Assembly: GCF_004010195.1 (NCBI RefSeq)
Contig: NC_057750.1
Span: forward strand, 13,585,473-13,649,472
From: Chiloscyllium plagiosum
Taxonomy: Eukaryota
Length of the DNA: 64,000 bases
Direction: 5' to 3'
In this document: positions 1 through 11,960 of the stretch, piece by piece
Numbering within the stretch: position 1 is the stretch's first letter
Layout: each line of letters opens with the position of its first letter
Notes under the pieces: generated by a model
What the model was told of the DNA's origin: nothing
What the model saw: the letters and a program-made list of their open reading frames with translations, nothing else
Databases searched by the model: none
Made by a program: the position numbers and the translations under genes

Positions 1-8
1 TTCCTTAC

Positions 9-89
9 CACAGTTCGGTGAGTTTTTGGTTCCTTTGCGTAGGACAGCTCATAGATTTCATCTTCAGTGTAGTAGAGGTCGAGTGATAA
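9..89 (-). CDS. RASGRP4: RasGRP4-like exon 10 (end of CDC25 domain); gene continues past the left edge
   Basis: tttcag|...|gtaagg, 81 nt, [27 protein letters not shown]. Confidence 0.93.
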
Positions 90-849
90 CTGAAAGAAAT
101 GTCAGGACAATGAGAGAAACGACCACGTTTTTGCGCAGATCAACAAACCCATCACAGCAGTGGGTGTTCGAAATGAGATTAAGTCACACCGTGAGGAATA
201 GGAGCAGACTGCATTTTGGATAATTCCTGTTTTCCCAGGGAGTAGAGAACGTCCAGAATATGCTCTAATAGAACAAATAACTGAGCTGAAGATCTGAAAG
301 TAAAACAGAAGCTCATCAGGTCTGACTGCATCTGTGGGGAGTAAGCAGACTTAATGTTTCGGGTTCGGCGTTCATGAGTTCTGATGAAGAGCTTTCTCTC
401 TCTCCCCCCAGATGCTGCCCAGACTTGCTAAGTTTCCCCAGCAATTCCTGTTTTTGTTTCAAAGTTGGTGGCTGGTGTAGTGGGTACTGACTGTGTCTTT
501 GAGAGATTTCTGATTGGTTCAGATCACATCAGGTTGACTATCGCTGCCCTCATTGCCTCCAAAATGTACTTTACCAACACCTCCCCCCCTCCCCCACCCC
601 CATTGGTATCTCACATTTTATCCTGAGTAACCCTCAGGTTACCCGAGGTTCAGCTTGCTCTGTCTTACCTCAGAGTGCGTCTCTTTCCCCTATCACCTCT
701 CCCCTCTGCTCCCTCACCTACACTGGCTCCTGTCCAAACCCAAGATACAGAATCCCTACAGTGTGGAAGCAGACCATTCGGCCCGTTGAGTCCTCACTGA
801 CCCTCCAAACAGCATCCCAACAGAACCCACCACCAGGGATATATTTCCC

Positions 850-1269
850 NNNNNNNNNNNNNNNNNNNNNNNNNNNNNNNNNNNNNNNNNNNNNNNNNNN
901 NNNNNNNNNNNNNNNNNNNNNNNNNNNNNNNNNNNNNNNNNNNNNNNNNNNNNNNNNNNNNNNNNNNNNNNNNNNNNNNNNNNNNNNNNNNNNNNNNNNN
1001 NNNNNNNNNNNNNNNNNNNNNNNNNNNNNNNNNNNNNNNNNNNNNNNNNNNNNNNNNNNNNNNNNNNNNNNNNNNNNNNNNNNNNNNNNNNNNNNNNNNN
1101 NNNNNNNNNNNNNNNNNNNNNNNNNNNNNNNNNNNNNNNNNNNNNNNNNNNNNNNNNNNNNNNNNNNNNNNNNNNNNNNNNNNNNNNNNNNNNNNNNNNN
1201 NNNNNNNNNNNNNNNNNNNNNNNNNNNNNNNNNNNNNNNNNNNNNNNNNNNNNNNNNNNNNNNNNNNNN
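850..1269. other. Assembly gap
   Basis: N run. Confidence 1.
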
Positions 1270-1432
1270 GTACTCTATGCTACTTTCTCCCTACCCCCAC
1301 CCTCCTCTAGCTTATCTCTCCACGCTCCAGGCTCACTGCCTTTATTCCTGATGAAGGGCTTTTGCCTGAAACGTCGAATTCGAAGCTCCTTGGATGCTGC
1401 CTGAACTGCTGTGCTCTTCCAGCACCACTAAT
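1270..1432 (+). mobile_element. Penelope-like element terminal repeat (family A), cut by the gap
   Basis: Hammerhead core followed by the ggatgctgcctgaactgctgtgctcttccagcacc tail shared with many copies in the window. Confidence 0.65.
1344..1379 (+). ncRNA. Minimal type-I hammerhead ribozyme motif in a Penelope-derived element
   Basis: attc-CTGATGA-A-GGGC tttt GCCT-GAAA-C-GTC-gaat. Stem I attc/gaat; stem II GGGC/GCCT. Confidence 0.65.
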
Positions 1433-2109
1433 CCCCAACCAGACTCACAGGCCTAGCCCATCTCTGTAACCCTGCATTTCCCATGGCCAATGCTCCTAAC
1501 CTGCACAACCCTTATACTCCAATGCCCATGAAAAAAGGGCTAACGTCCCATGATCCTTCATGATTCCCTGCTGTACCTATGTCCTGCTGGCTTTCTGGGT
1601 TTCACGTACAAGTCCCCCCCCCCATCCCCCCAGTCCCTTTGTGCTGCAGCTTTCTCTCCTTTTAAATCATACTCTGTTCATTTGTTCCCTCTTCTAAGAT
1701 GAACCGATTCACATTTTCCCACATTATACTCCATTTGCCAGTTACTCAGATTTGGGTCATGCAGTATCCTTTGATGTTACACTGGGAAAGCCTTTTGCTA
1801 ACTCTCTCTTGCAACACCTCAGACAGGAAAGCGTCCATTTAAAAAGTTCTCAAAAGCCTTATTCCTCATTCACTCTGTGTGTAAGGCATTCCTGCTCGAC
1901 AACTCTGCAAGAAACCAGGGTGCCCTCCTCAAACTATCCCCTTTGTTCACCACCCCACTGTTGGTGGCTGTCCCTTCAGCCAGTTAGAACCCTGCGCCTC
2001 TCTGACCCTCCTTAAAGTCTATCTATTTGCCCAACCCGTTGGTCACCTCTCTTAGAACCCACTGCTGTGACCCAGAGTCGGGGTTTCCCTAATACCTGCT
2101 TCTGAGAAT

Positions 2110-2232
2110 TCAATTACTCATGACCCGTTGACCAATAGTTCATCATCAAGGTTGTCCCAATTACAACAACACTTCAATGGATTTGGACGATCGTGGTGAC
2201 AAACTATTGGTCAATGGGTCATGAGTAATTGA
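2110..2232. repeat. Long hairpin / palindrome
   Basis: 31-bp arms (2110-2140 / 2202-2232) with 1 mismatch, plus further inner pairing. Confidence 0.85.
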
Positions 2233-3157
2233 GTCATTACCATTTAGAAGGAGGTCACTCGTCCCATCAAGGCTGTGCTGGCTCCCTGTAGGGCGATGTA
2301 GTCACTCCCACTCATTGGTGCACTATGGACAGTCCTACTTGCCAACATCATCCTCTCCCCACCCTCCCCTCCCCAGGTCTATAAAAGGCCCCTTTACTTA
2401 CATATATAGACACTTGTCTAATGTCCATCTGGGAACTGCCTGAATCCGAAACCAAACCCAAAATTGTGATGGGCCCCATCCTGCATCCAACCCTGTTATC
2501 TCCCTATTTAAGACGGACAGCGGTAAGTTAAATATGACATTCCCCTTCTTCTGATGCTCTGGGTGCTTGCCCACAAACTAACCCCATTGGGGTCCAAGCT
2601 GAAGGCCTCGATGTTTACTGTATTGAAGAGGGTGATACCCTTCTCTTCAGGCTTCTCCAGTTGGCCATCACTAATTGGAATCTCAGTTCCCAGCCTCCGT
2701 TGAAAGCGAGACTGATTTTATCATTCAGCAGCTTACCAATTTACAGCCCTCTTGACTCAACACTGCAGACTTTCAACTTCCTTTCTCGACCATTTTATTT
2801 ACTCCCCTAGTGCCAGAGTTGATCTTGACTCCACACTTTCAGCTCCTGCGTGGAGCTGTTCCCCCCCCCCCCGGTGTCTGTGTGGGTTACCTCCAGGTGC
2901 TCCACGGTCCAAAGATGTGCAGGTTAGGGTGAACTGGCCATGCTAAATTGCCCATAGTGTTCAGGGATGTGCATGCTAGGTGGATTAACCCCTGGAAATG
3001 TGGGGAGAAAGTAGGGGGTGGGATGATTTTTGGAGGGTCAGTGCGGACTCAATGGGCTGAACGGTCTACGTTTGCACTGTAGAGATTGTACGATTCTATG
3101 ATTTACTCTGCCATTAACCCTTACCCCAAAACAACTTTTTGTTTATTGCTGCAGTCA

Positions 3158-3670
3158 TTGAGTCATACAGCACCAAAACAGACCCTTCGGCCCGACTCAT
3201 CCATGCTGACCAGGTCTCCCAAATTAAACTAGTCCCATTTACCTGTGTTTGGCTCATATCCCTCCAAACCCTTCCTATTCATGTACTTGCCCAGATGCCT
3301 CTTAAATGTTGCAATTGTACCAGCCTCCACCACATCCTCTGGCAGCTCATTCCACACACGTACCACCCTCTATGTGAAAATGTTGCCCCTTAGGTCTCTT
3401 TTAAATCTTTCCCCTCTCACTTTAAACCTATGCCCTGTAGTTTTGAAAAAGACCTTGGCTATTCACTCTATCCATGCCCCTCATGATTTTATAAATCCCT
3501 ATCCCCTCAGCCTCCCACACTCCAGGGAAAAAAATCCCAATCTGAGGAAAGGTGACTGGACCCGAAACATTAACTGATTTCTCTCCACAGATGCTCCAGA
3601 CCTGTTGAGCTTTTCCAGCAATTTCTATGTTTGATTTTGCCTCTCCCTATAGCTCAAACCGTCCAATCCT
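3158..3670 (-). mobile_element. CR1 LINE 3' fragment with a family B insertion near 3541-3640
   Basis: Reverse of the NFFTQRVVRVWNELPEEVVEAG-type segment. Confidence 0.75.
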
Positions 3671-4204
3671 GCCCCTAGCAATCCCTTTGAATTTTGTTCC
3701 GTCCCATCTTTTTCACTGAATCTCTCTCGACCTGTCACTCCACCCAATCCCCTCCCCTCTTTGTTGTTATTAGAAAACCGGTAGCATTTCTGTCTTCAGT
3801 GCTGAAGAGGAGCCAGGTGAGGACTCAAAACATTAACCCTGTTTCTCTCTCCACGGATGTTGCCAGACCTGCTGAGTTTCTCTACCACTTTCTATTCAGG
3901 TTTCTATTTTCAATGACGTTTTGCAACTCAAGGATTTTTTTTTTTTGTGTAAGGTTGGTGCTCCAGGCCAGTCTCACGTTTGACTCTTTCAGGAAACTCA
4001 GAAACATCATCTCAAGAGCCCAGTTTGATTCTTCACTCCCTACCCAGACCCACTCTGTTTCCAGTTGGTACAAAATTAGCCTTCGCCACCTCACAACGTA
4101 GTGCCCACTGATGCTGTGCTTTTTACTGGGAATCTTTCTTTCGGATGCCCGCAAATTCAGACAGAAGGCACCAAAATTGCAAGGTCTGTATCTCCTTTGT
4201 GATG

Positions 4205-4585
4205 GCTTTTCACACAGAGGGTGGTACGGGTATGGAATGAGCTGCCAGAGGATGTGGTGGAGGCTGGTACAATTGCAGCATTTAAAAGGCATCTGGATGG
4301 GTATATGAATAGGAAGGGTTTGGAGGGATATGGGCCAGGTGCTGGCAGGTGGGACTAGATTGGGTTGGGATAGCTGGTCGGCATGGAGGGGTTAGACAAT
4401 AGACTATAGACAATAGGTGCAGGAGTAGGCCATTCTGCCCTTTGAGCCAGCACCACCATTCATCATGGCTGATCATCCTCAATCCTCAATCAGTATCCTG
4501 TTCCTGCCTTATCCCCACTTTCCTTAAGAGCTCTTGGACTGAAGGGTCTGTTTCTGTGCTGTACATCTCTATGACTCTATGATAC
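4205..4585 (+). mobile_element. CR1 LINE 3' end
   Basis: ttttcacacagagggtggtacgggtatggaatgagctgccagag...ctctatgactctatg tail. Confidence 0.75.
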
Positions 4586-5188
4586 TATGGCTTTACGAAG
4601 TATATTTCGTCCTTTTTTTTTTAAAGAGAGCTTTTAAGGCAGAGGTGACAAACGGTCTGCTAGCGTAAACATATTGTGAGGGGTTGGTTTAAAGCTGGAA
4701 CAATAGAAGCAGCCTGGCTGGGTGGGGTCAAGCTCCCACAGAGAGCCAGGATTTGTAGTTTTAGCTCTCAGCAGCTGTGGTTGGGGTCTTGAAGAAGTGG
4801 AAGATTTTTTTTTCCCCCTCTCTTGTTTACACCAAAAGCTGGACCTTCTTTTCCTGCTATGGGAATCGTATGTGAGCCAGTTCTGCTTTTCTGAGTTTGC
4901 CTATTTGCCAAGGGTGTGTGTTTATGAGCTGTTACTATATTGGGACAGTTAATTAGTATTAGTTCCTGTACCTATTATTCTATTAAGTGTTCCAATAATG
5001 TGAATTCCTTCATTATTTTGTTGCATTTTTGATGACAGTGGATGAATAAAACATGTTTTGTTTTAATCCAATAGTTTGACCAATTGAATTTGGAAAGCAA
5101 CTCCTTAAATTTGCCTCTAAAATAAGAAAAGGTCAGGGTCCAGGTTACCTTCTGAATATTTTGAGGGGATTTAGTCTAGTCCATAATG
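4585..5188 (+). mobile_element. Possible solo LTR
   Basis: tatgg...ccataa short terminal inverted ends and an internal AATAAA near 5045; no clear TSD. Confidence 0.35.
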
Positions 5189-6173
5189 CCAAGCCAGAAA
5201 CATACATTGATAGAGAAATGCCAAGGTGCCTCACAGGAGTGTCATTAGATAGTCTCTGAATTCTTTTGATTTATTCACCAGATGTGGGCATCACTGGCCA
5301 CATATTGCTCATTCCTAATTACCCAGAGGGCTGTTAAGCGTCAACCACGTCACTGTGGGTCTGGAGTCACATGTAGGCCAGATCAGCTAAGGATGGCAAA
5401 TCTCCTTCCCTGAAGAACTTTAGTGAACCAGATGGGTTACTCCCCAACAACTAACTGTGGTTTGATAGTCATTGAGAAGTGTGGAAGCAGACCACTTGGC
5501 CCATTGAAGAGCATCCCACCCAGACCCACCTTATCCCCTGCATTCCCCATGGCTAACCCACCTAGCCTGCAAAACCCATGGACACTACAAGCAATTTAGT
5601 ATGGCCAATCCACCCATCCTGCACATCCTTGGACTGGATCACTTTGTAGAGGTTTATAATATCACGTGGAGTGTAGATAAGCTGACTAGCCAAGGGTAGG
5701 AGAGTCCAAAACCAGAGGGCATAATGATAAGGGAGGAAACCCACACAGGCACAGGGAGAACATGCAAACGCCAACACAGACAGTCACCCCGAGGCTGGAA
5801 TTGAACCTGGGACCCTGGTGCTGTGAGGCAACAGTGCTAGCCACTGAGCCACCACATCACCCCAGTCACCAGACTCTTAACTCCAGATTTGATTTTAAAA
5901 TTGAATTCAAATTCCACCACGGCAGGAATCGAGCCCAGAACATTGCCTGTACCTCTGGATTAATAATCCAGTGATAATACCATTTTGGCCATTACTTCCC
6001 TGGGAAGGCCCTTTCCGAGATACTTGGACTGGTGGCCAAACCCTTGGAGAAATACTTTGATATTTAACGATAGAAGTCACAGAAAGCTTCAGAGATTGAT
6101 CCTGTCCAGGGTTAGTTGGGGTCTGGCCATTATTCATTCCCGTTCCCAACCAAGGCGAATGGGATCGACTCAC

Positions 6174-6449
6174 CGTCAGCAGATGGACAAGGTCTTTGTT
6201 AGCTTCGAACGGTGGCGTACTGCCCTGGATCTGGATCAGCTCCAGGATGCGACTGTACAGCTGCTGCAGCTTGTTCAGGTTAATCTTCTTATCCTCTATA
6301 TAGTCTGGCAGGGCTTCATTCAGGGAGACCAGGTCCTTCAGGTGGACCCCAAGGATGGGGATTTTAAAACCAGTGCATTCACTGAAGACCCGCCGATAGT
6401 TGCTATAGTTACTGCAGGAGGACAGAAGCTCTGTCATTTCATTCAATGT
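6174..6449 (-). CDS. RASGRP4: RasGRP4-like exon 9 (CDC25 domain)
   Basis: cgcag|...|gtgagt, 276 nt, [20 protein letters not shown]...[23 protein letters not shown]...[10 protein letters not shown]. Confidence 0.95.
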
Positions 6450-7013
6450 CTGCGATGAAGAGACAGAAGAACATTATCAGGGGTAAGTGACCGATTATTA
6501 GAGACTAGGCCAACAGAACTATACTCATCCCCTACTCATAATCAGTGGCATCAACTCTCCGAAGAGCATCCCACCCCAGATCCCAGGAGAAAGTGAGGAC
6601 TGCAGGTCAGAGTCGAGAGTGCGGTGCTGGAAAACCTGGCAGCATCCGAGGTGCAGGAGAGTCGACGTTCCCTTTGCACTTCCCATGGCTAACCCACTTA
6701 CTTTGCATGCTACCTGCAATTTATCCTGGCCAATCCACCCAGGCTGAACATTTTTGGACTGTGGGAGGAAACCCGCGCAGACACAGGGAGGACAATTGCC
6801 TGAGGGTGGAATTGAACCCGGGTCCCTGGCGCTGTGAGGCAGCAGTGCTGAGCCACTGTGCCACTCAATACCACTGCTGCGAATTAAGCATGCATTTCAA
6901 CTCTCTTTCTCTCATGCCTGAAAGCAGAGATACCCAATATGGTAAGTGTCCAAGGTAACGAGCGGTCTCTGTGTCTTGTATAGGTGACCATATATGAACT
7001 TAGTGAGGGGGTA

Positions 7014-7202
7014 CAGGCTGTTCTCCTCTAACGTGCGTTTCGTCAACGCAATTTGGCGGGAACGCAGTTGGGGAACAATTTTTTAAAAATGCGAACTTTT
7101 AAAGTATGTGTAGGCTATAGCGCAATGACACATTTCAAATGTATTTGTTATTGAGTGATTTTTGTATTGCACGGGGTCACAGACGAACGCAACAACCAAC
7201 TG
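7014..7202. mobile_element. Possible pogo/Tigger-type MITE remnant
   Basis: TA|CAG...CTG|TA boundaries; TIRs degenerate. Confidence 0.35.
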
Positions 7203-7727
7203 TATGTAGATATTGAGGCATGGCTGGGAGTCTAGACATTCATCAAGTTCTTACATTACTGAAAACGATGCACTGAAGGGCACACATTGCTCGAATGATG
7301 GCTTCATCATTTTTTTTTGTCAATGGGCGAATTTGTTTTACACAATATATGAAAGAGTCAAGTCCTCATAGTTTCTGACCCTGCTACATCAGAGATCTGG
7401 CTGAGTGACAGTCTCATTGGGTAGCTGTGGTCTCAGTTTCTTTTTAGGGGAAATTATGAGTGGCTTTCTGTTTAAAACATTCCACACATACCGTTGTTAC
7501 TATCCCATTCATTATTTCGGCACCGGGCAGATACGGGAGAATGGGTATGGATGTGCCCTGGCTTGTTCCAGAGAGGAACGACTCACTGTTGAAGTTTGAT
7601 GGGAGGGCACGGGTTGGCAGAAGGACATGAGGCCTCTCAAAGCCATCATTAAGTTTACGGTTCATGACTCCTCTAAGAGATGGGGCGTCACAAAGTCCTG
7701 GCTAAGCTCGTGGACTCCACAGAACTC

Positions 7728-7888
7728 GGAGAAAGTGAGGACTGCAGATGCCGGAGATCAGAGTCGAGAGTGTGGCGCTGGAAAAGCGCGGCAGGTCAGG
7801 CAGCATCCGAGGAGCAGGAGAATCAGTGTTTCTGTCAGGCTCCTGATGAAAGGCTCTTGCCTGAAACGTTGATTCTCCTGCTCCTCGG
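7728..7888. mobile_element. Penelope-derived family A inverted pair
   Basis: ggagaaagtgaggactgcagatg... followed by an opposite-orientation ctgatgaaaggctcttgcctgaaacgttgattctcc. Confidence 0.65.
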
Positions 7889-8571
7889 GAACCAGGGAAT
7901 GCCCCCCACCGGATGTGGGATTGCTGCTCCCAACCTTTTTCCAGTTCAATGTCACCGGGAATGCGAGCAAGAATCTCAGAATCCGTTCCAGTCGGCAACA
8001 ATCCAGCCCAACATTCCAGGCTGCCACCGAAAGGACGACATCAAATCAGCCATGATCTCACTGAATGGCAGAGTAGGCCCTGATGGTCCTAGTCAGCTCT
8101 TGAATGTTGACCTCTCTTTCTCTCCACTGAGATTCTCTGGAGGACAGAGCAACAGGAGTAGGCCATTCAACTCCTCGAGTCTGTACTACCATTTAATGAG
8201 ATCACGGCAATTCAGTGGCCTAAACTCCATGTACCTGCTTTTGGCCTGCATCCCTTCCTGTATCTTAACAACAACTTATCCACCTCAGATTTAAAATTAG
8301 CAACCGATCCAGCGTCCACTACCATTTGTGGAAGGGAATTCCAAGCATCTACCACCCTTTGTGTGTGGAAGTGCTTCGTAACGTCTCTCCTGAACGGTCT
8401 GAGTTCTCAGACTATGCTCTTCCTTCGAGAATCCCTAACCAATGGAAATAGTTCACCTATCCCAGCTTTTCCTGCTTTTAGCTGCTACTATTCCAGTTTC
8501 CAAATCTCCTGCTGCCTCAGGTCTTACAGATCCCTCAGCATCTCAGAGTCAGATGGAGCCAAAAATAATCA

Positions 8572-9300
8572 TAAGACCACAAGAACTAGGAGCAGGGGTT
8601 AGGCCGTCTGGTCCCTCGAGCCCGCTCCACCATTCAATAAGATCATGGCTGAGCTTCTCATCGACTCAGCTCCACTTACCCGCCCTCTCACTCTAACTCT
8701 TAATTCCTTTACTGTTCAAAACAAAATCTACCTTCGCTTTAAAAGCGTTTACTGAAGTAGCGTCAACAACTTCATTGGGCAAGGAATTCCACAGATTCAT
8801 AACCCTCTGGGTGAAGATGTTCATTCTCAATTCAATCCTAAATCTGCTCCCCCTAATCTTGAGGCTATGCCCTCTTGTCCTAGTTTCACCTGCCAGTGGA
8901 GAGGTCCTCTCTACCTCTATCTTATCTATTCCCTTCATAATTTTATATGTTTCTATAAGACACCCCCCCCTCATTCTCCTAAATTCCAATGAATATAATC
9001 CCAATCTACTCAGTCTCTCCTCATAAGCCAACCCCCTCAACTCTGGAATCAACCAGGTGAACTTCCTCTGCATTCCCTTCAGTGCCAATACATCCTTTCG
9101 CAAGGAAGGAGACCAAAACTGCACACAGTACTCCAAGTGTGGCCTCATCACAGCCTGTACAGCTGCAACATAACCTCCCTGCTTTTAAACTTAATCCCTT
9201 TAGCAATGAAGGACAAAATTCCATTTGCCTTCCTAATTATATGTTGTACGTGCAGACCAACCTTCTGTGATTCATACACAAGAACACCCAGGTCCCTCTA
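8572..9300 (-). mobile_element. CR1 LINE 3' fragment
   Basis: RPHLEYCVQFWSP...YEERLSRLGLYSLEFRRMRG...TRGHSLK. Confidence 0.88.
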
Positions 9301-9371
9301 CACGGCACATGGCCCAACTGAGCGAGAGAGAGAGAGAGAGAGAGAGAGAGGCATGAGTAAAGAGGACAGAC

Positions 9372-9488
9372 CTTGGTAACATCCTGAGAGAGGTAGGAGC
9401 TGGTTTCCTTGAGCCGGGAAATGGCGCTGTGACAGAGGCCTCCGATCACTGCCATGAGAGTGTTAAAGTTCTGGAGCAACCGCAGTTT
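9372..9488 (-). CDS. RASGRP4: RasGRP4-like exon 8 (CDC25 domain)
   Basis: cacag|...|gtctgt, 117 nt, [39 protein letters not shown]. Confidence 0.94.
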
Positions 9489-9698
9489 CTGTGAGGCAAG
9501 AAGAAGGCAATGAGGAACATCAAACGACTCCAGTGCGGAAGGTGAGCCCAAACAGGACACTCGCGTTTTAAAGAGGCCCCCACCACCATTCACGTTTCAC
9601 CTTTCTTCGTTCTGTCATCGAGTGTGGACACCAAGAGAGGGGGTTAGAAAAAAGGAACATGAAAACAACATGATAATTGGAAACTGGTCCTCCATTTT

Positions 9699-11137
9699 GT
9701 CCTTGTAAATTGTCCATACCTTCACCTGCGTTTTGCGACACAGGGAGAGCAGAAATGTGCTCCTTTCTCCACAAAGTCCAAGATTATGGACATTATTCAT
9801 CTCCATTGTCGTTCCCAGTCAGTTGTGCCCCTGTACCCCTTAACTACTCAACCTTCAAATCATACTCACACAGCACGTTAATTAATAACCACTTATCAAT
9901 GGTCATTTTTCTGCCTCCGCTACACTTGACTGGCCTGACCTACACGTGACTCCGGTCCCACAGCAATTGGTACGTCTTAGTCACTAGCTTTGCTCCTTTA
10001 TTACCATCTGGCTTTCACCATCATTTCTTGCCAGTATCTATTTTCCCTTGAATTGAGTGGCTTATTCAACCATTTATAAGGCCAGTTCAGAATAAACCAC
10101 TCTATTGTGGATCTGGCGTCATGTGTAGGCCGGACCGGGTAAGGATGACAGATTTCCTTCCCTTCAGGACGTTGGTGAATCGGGTGGGTTTTTACGACAA
10201 TTTTAATGATGGCCTCCTGTTTACCATTAGATTTTTTTTTTCTCTCATCCGGAATTCAAATTTGACTAGCCACTTGCAGTGAGATTCCAAACTGACGTTC
10301 CCAGGATTATTAGCCCAGGCCTCTGATTGACATGGTGTCTCAGTGGTTAGCACTACTGCCTTACAACATCAGGGACCCAGGTTCAGTTCCACCCTTGGCT
10401 GACCATAATACATGGAGTTCTCCTCATTTACTCCGGTTTCTTCCCACAATCCAGGGATGTGCAGGTTAGGGTGGATTGGCTGTGCTAAATTGCCCAGAGT
10501 GTTCAGGGATGTGCAGACTAGGTGTGTTAGCCACGGGCATTGCAGGGGGATGGATCTGAGTGGGATGCCCTTCAGAGGGTCGATGTGGACTCGTTAGGCT
10601 GAATGGCCTGTTTCCACACGATGGGGGATTCTATGGACGCAAGTGCATTCCACTAAATCCCAGAGATTGGATCAAAATGCATTACCGTTTTTGTTTTTTT
10701 TTCAATAACGTCTTCATGGGACATGAGTCTCACTGGCAAGGCCCAGAATTTGTTGCCCATCCCTAATTGCCCTTGAGCACAGTAGTGGCTATTTCAGAGG
10801 GCAGTTATTGCTGTGGGACTGGAGTCACGTGTAGGTCAGGCCAGTCAAGTATAGCAGAGACAGAAAAATGAGCATTGATAAGTGATTATGAATTAACGTG
10901 CTGTGCGATTATGATTTGAAGGTTGAGCAGTTGTGGGATTCTGGGGCACAACTGGCTGGGAACGACAATGGAGATGAATAATGTCACAAAGGGGAGCAGT
11001 AGGACCCAGGAGTTCATTTCCTGTTTGCTAGAACTGTAAGGAGGTGAGCTTACCTTGGACTTTGTGGAGAAAGGAGCACATTTCTGCTCTCCCTGTGTCG
11101 CAAAACGCAGGTGAAGGTATGGACAATTTACCAGGAC
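9699..11137. repeat. Local inverted duplication, arms ~270 and ~330 bp
   Basis: 9705-9782 is identical to the reverse complement of 11054-11131; 9789-9967 vs 10807-10985 shows 16 mismatches in 179 by hand count. Confidence 0.92.
11054..11092 (-). CDS. Candidate 39-nt in-frame cassette exon in intron 7 (GEQKCAPFSTKSK)
   Basis: ...ccttcacctgcgttttgcgacacag|39 nt, no stop|gtaagc. Phase 0-0 in a phase-0 intron. Confidence 0.35.
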
Positions 11138-11244
11138 GATGCCAGATTAAGAGATTATGAAATCAGGAAGGACTGAACAGTCTAGAGACCTATTAATGTC
11201 AAAATGTAAAAGTGGCTTCAAGAAAATACTACATACAAATCTGG

Positions 11245-11447
11245 AAATGTGTTGCTGGAAAAGCGCAGCAGGTCAGGCAGCATCCAGGGAACAGGAGAAT
11301 CGACGTTTCGGGCATAAGCCCTTCTTCAGGGCTTATGCCCGAAACGTCGATTCTCCTGTTCCCTGGATGCTGCCTGACCTGCTGCGCTTTTCCAGCAACA
11401 CATTTCCAGCTCTGATCTCCAGCATCTGCAGACCTCACTTTCTCCTC
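11245..11447. mobile_element. Penelope-derived palindromic insertion
   Basis: Perfect 82-bp inverted repeat (11241-11322 / 11328-11409); 16-bp flanking direct repeat ctacatacaaatctgg. Confidence 0.8.
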
Positions 11448-11463
11448 CTACATACAAATCTGG

Positions 11464-11960
11464 TCTCCCTGCAAGAGGAAAGATGTTGTGAAACTTGAAA
11501 GGGTTCAGAATGGATGTTGCCGGGGTTGGAGGATTTGAGCTACAGGGAGAGGCTGAACAGGCTGGGGCTGTTTTCCCTGGAGCGTCGGAGGCTGAGGGGT
11601 GACCTTGTAGAGGTTTATCAAATCATGAGGGGCATGGATAGGGTGTTAAAGCTTTGTCCAAGGGTATGAGAGTCCAAAACTAGAGGACATAGGTTTAAGG
11701 TGAGAGGGGAAAGACTTAAAAGGGACCTGAGGGGCAACTTTTTCACACAGAGGGTGGTACGTGTATGGAATGAGCTGCCAGAGGAAGTGGTGGAGGCTGG
11801 TACAATTGCAACATTTAAAAGGTATCTGGATGGGTATATGAATAGGAAGGGTTTGGAGGAAATTGGACCAAGTGTTGGCAAATGGGACAGGATTAATTTA
11901 GGATATCTGGTCAGCTTGGGTGAATAGGACAGAAGGGTCTGTTTCTGTGCTGTTTTAACT
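11464..11960 (+). mobile_element. CR1 LINE 3' fragment
   Basis: RGNFFTQRVVRVWNELPEEVVEAGTIATFKRYLDGYM. Confidence 0.85.

Noticed and set aside
5985..6458. 157-aa plus-strand ORF
   Set aside because: Antisense shadow of RASGRP4 exon 9.
11212..11438. Identical peptides predicted on both strands (also 36064-36333)
   Set aside because: A consequence of DNA palindromes, not proteins.
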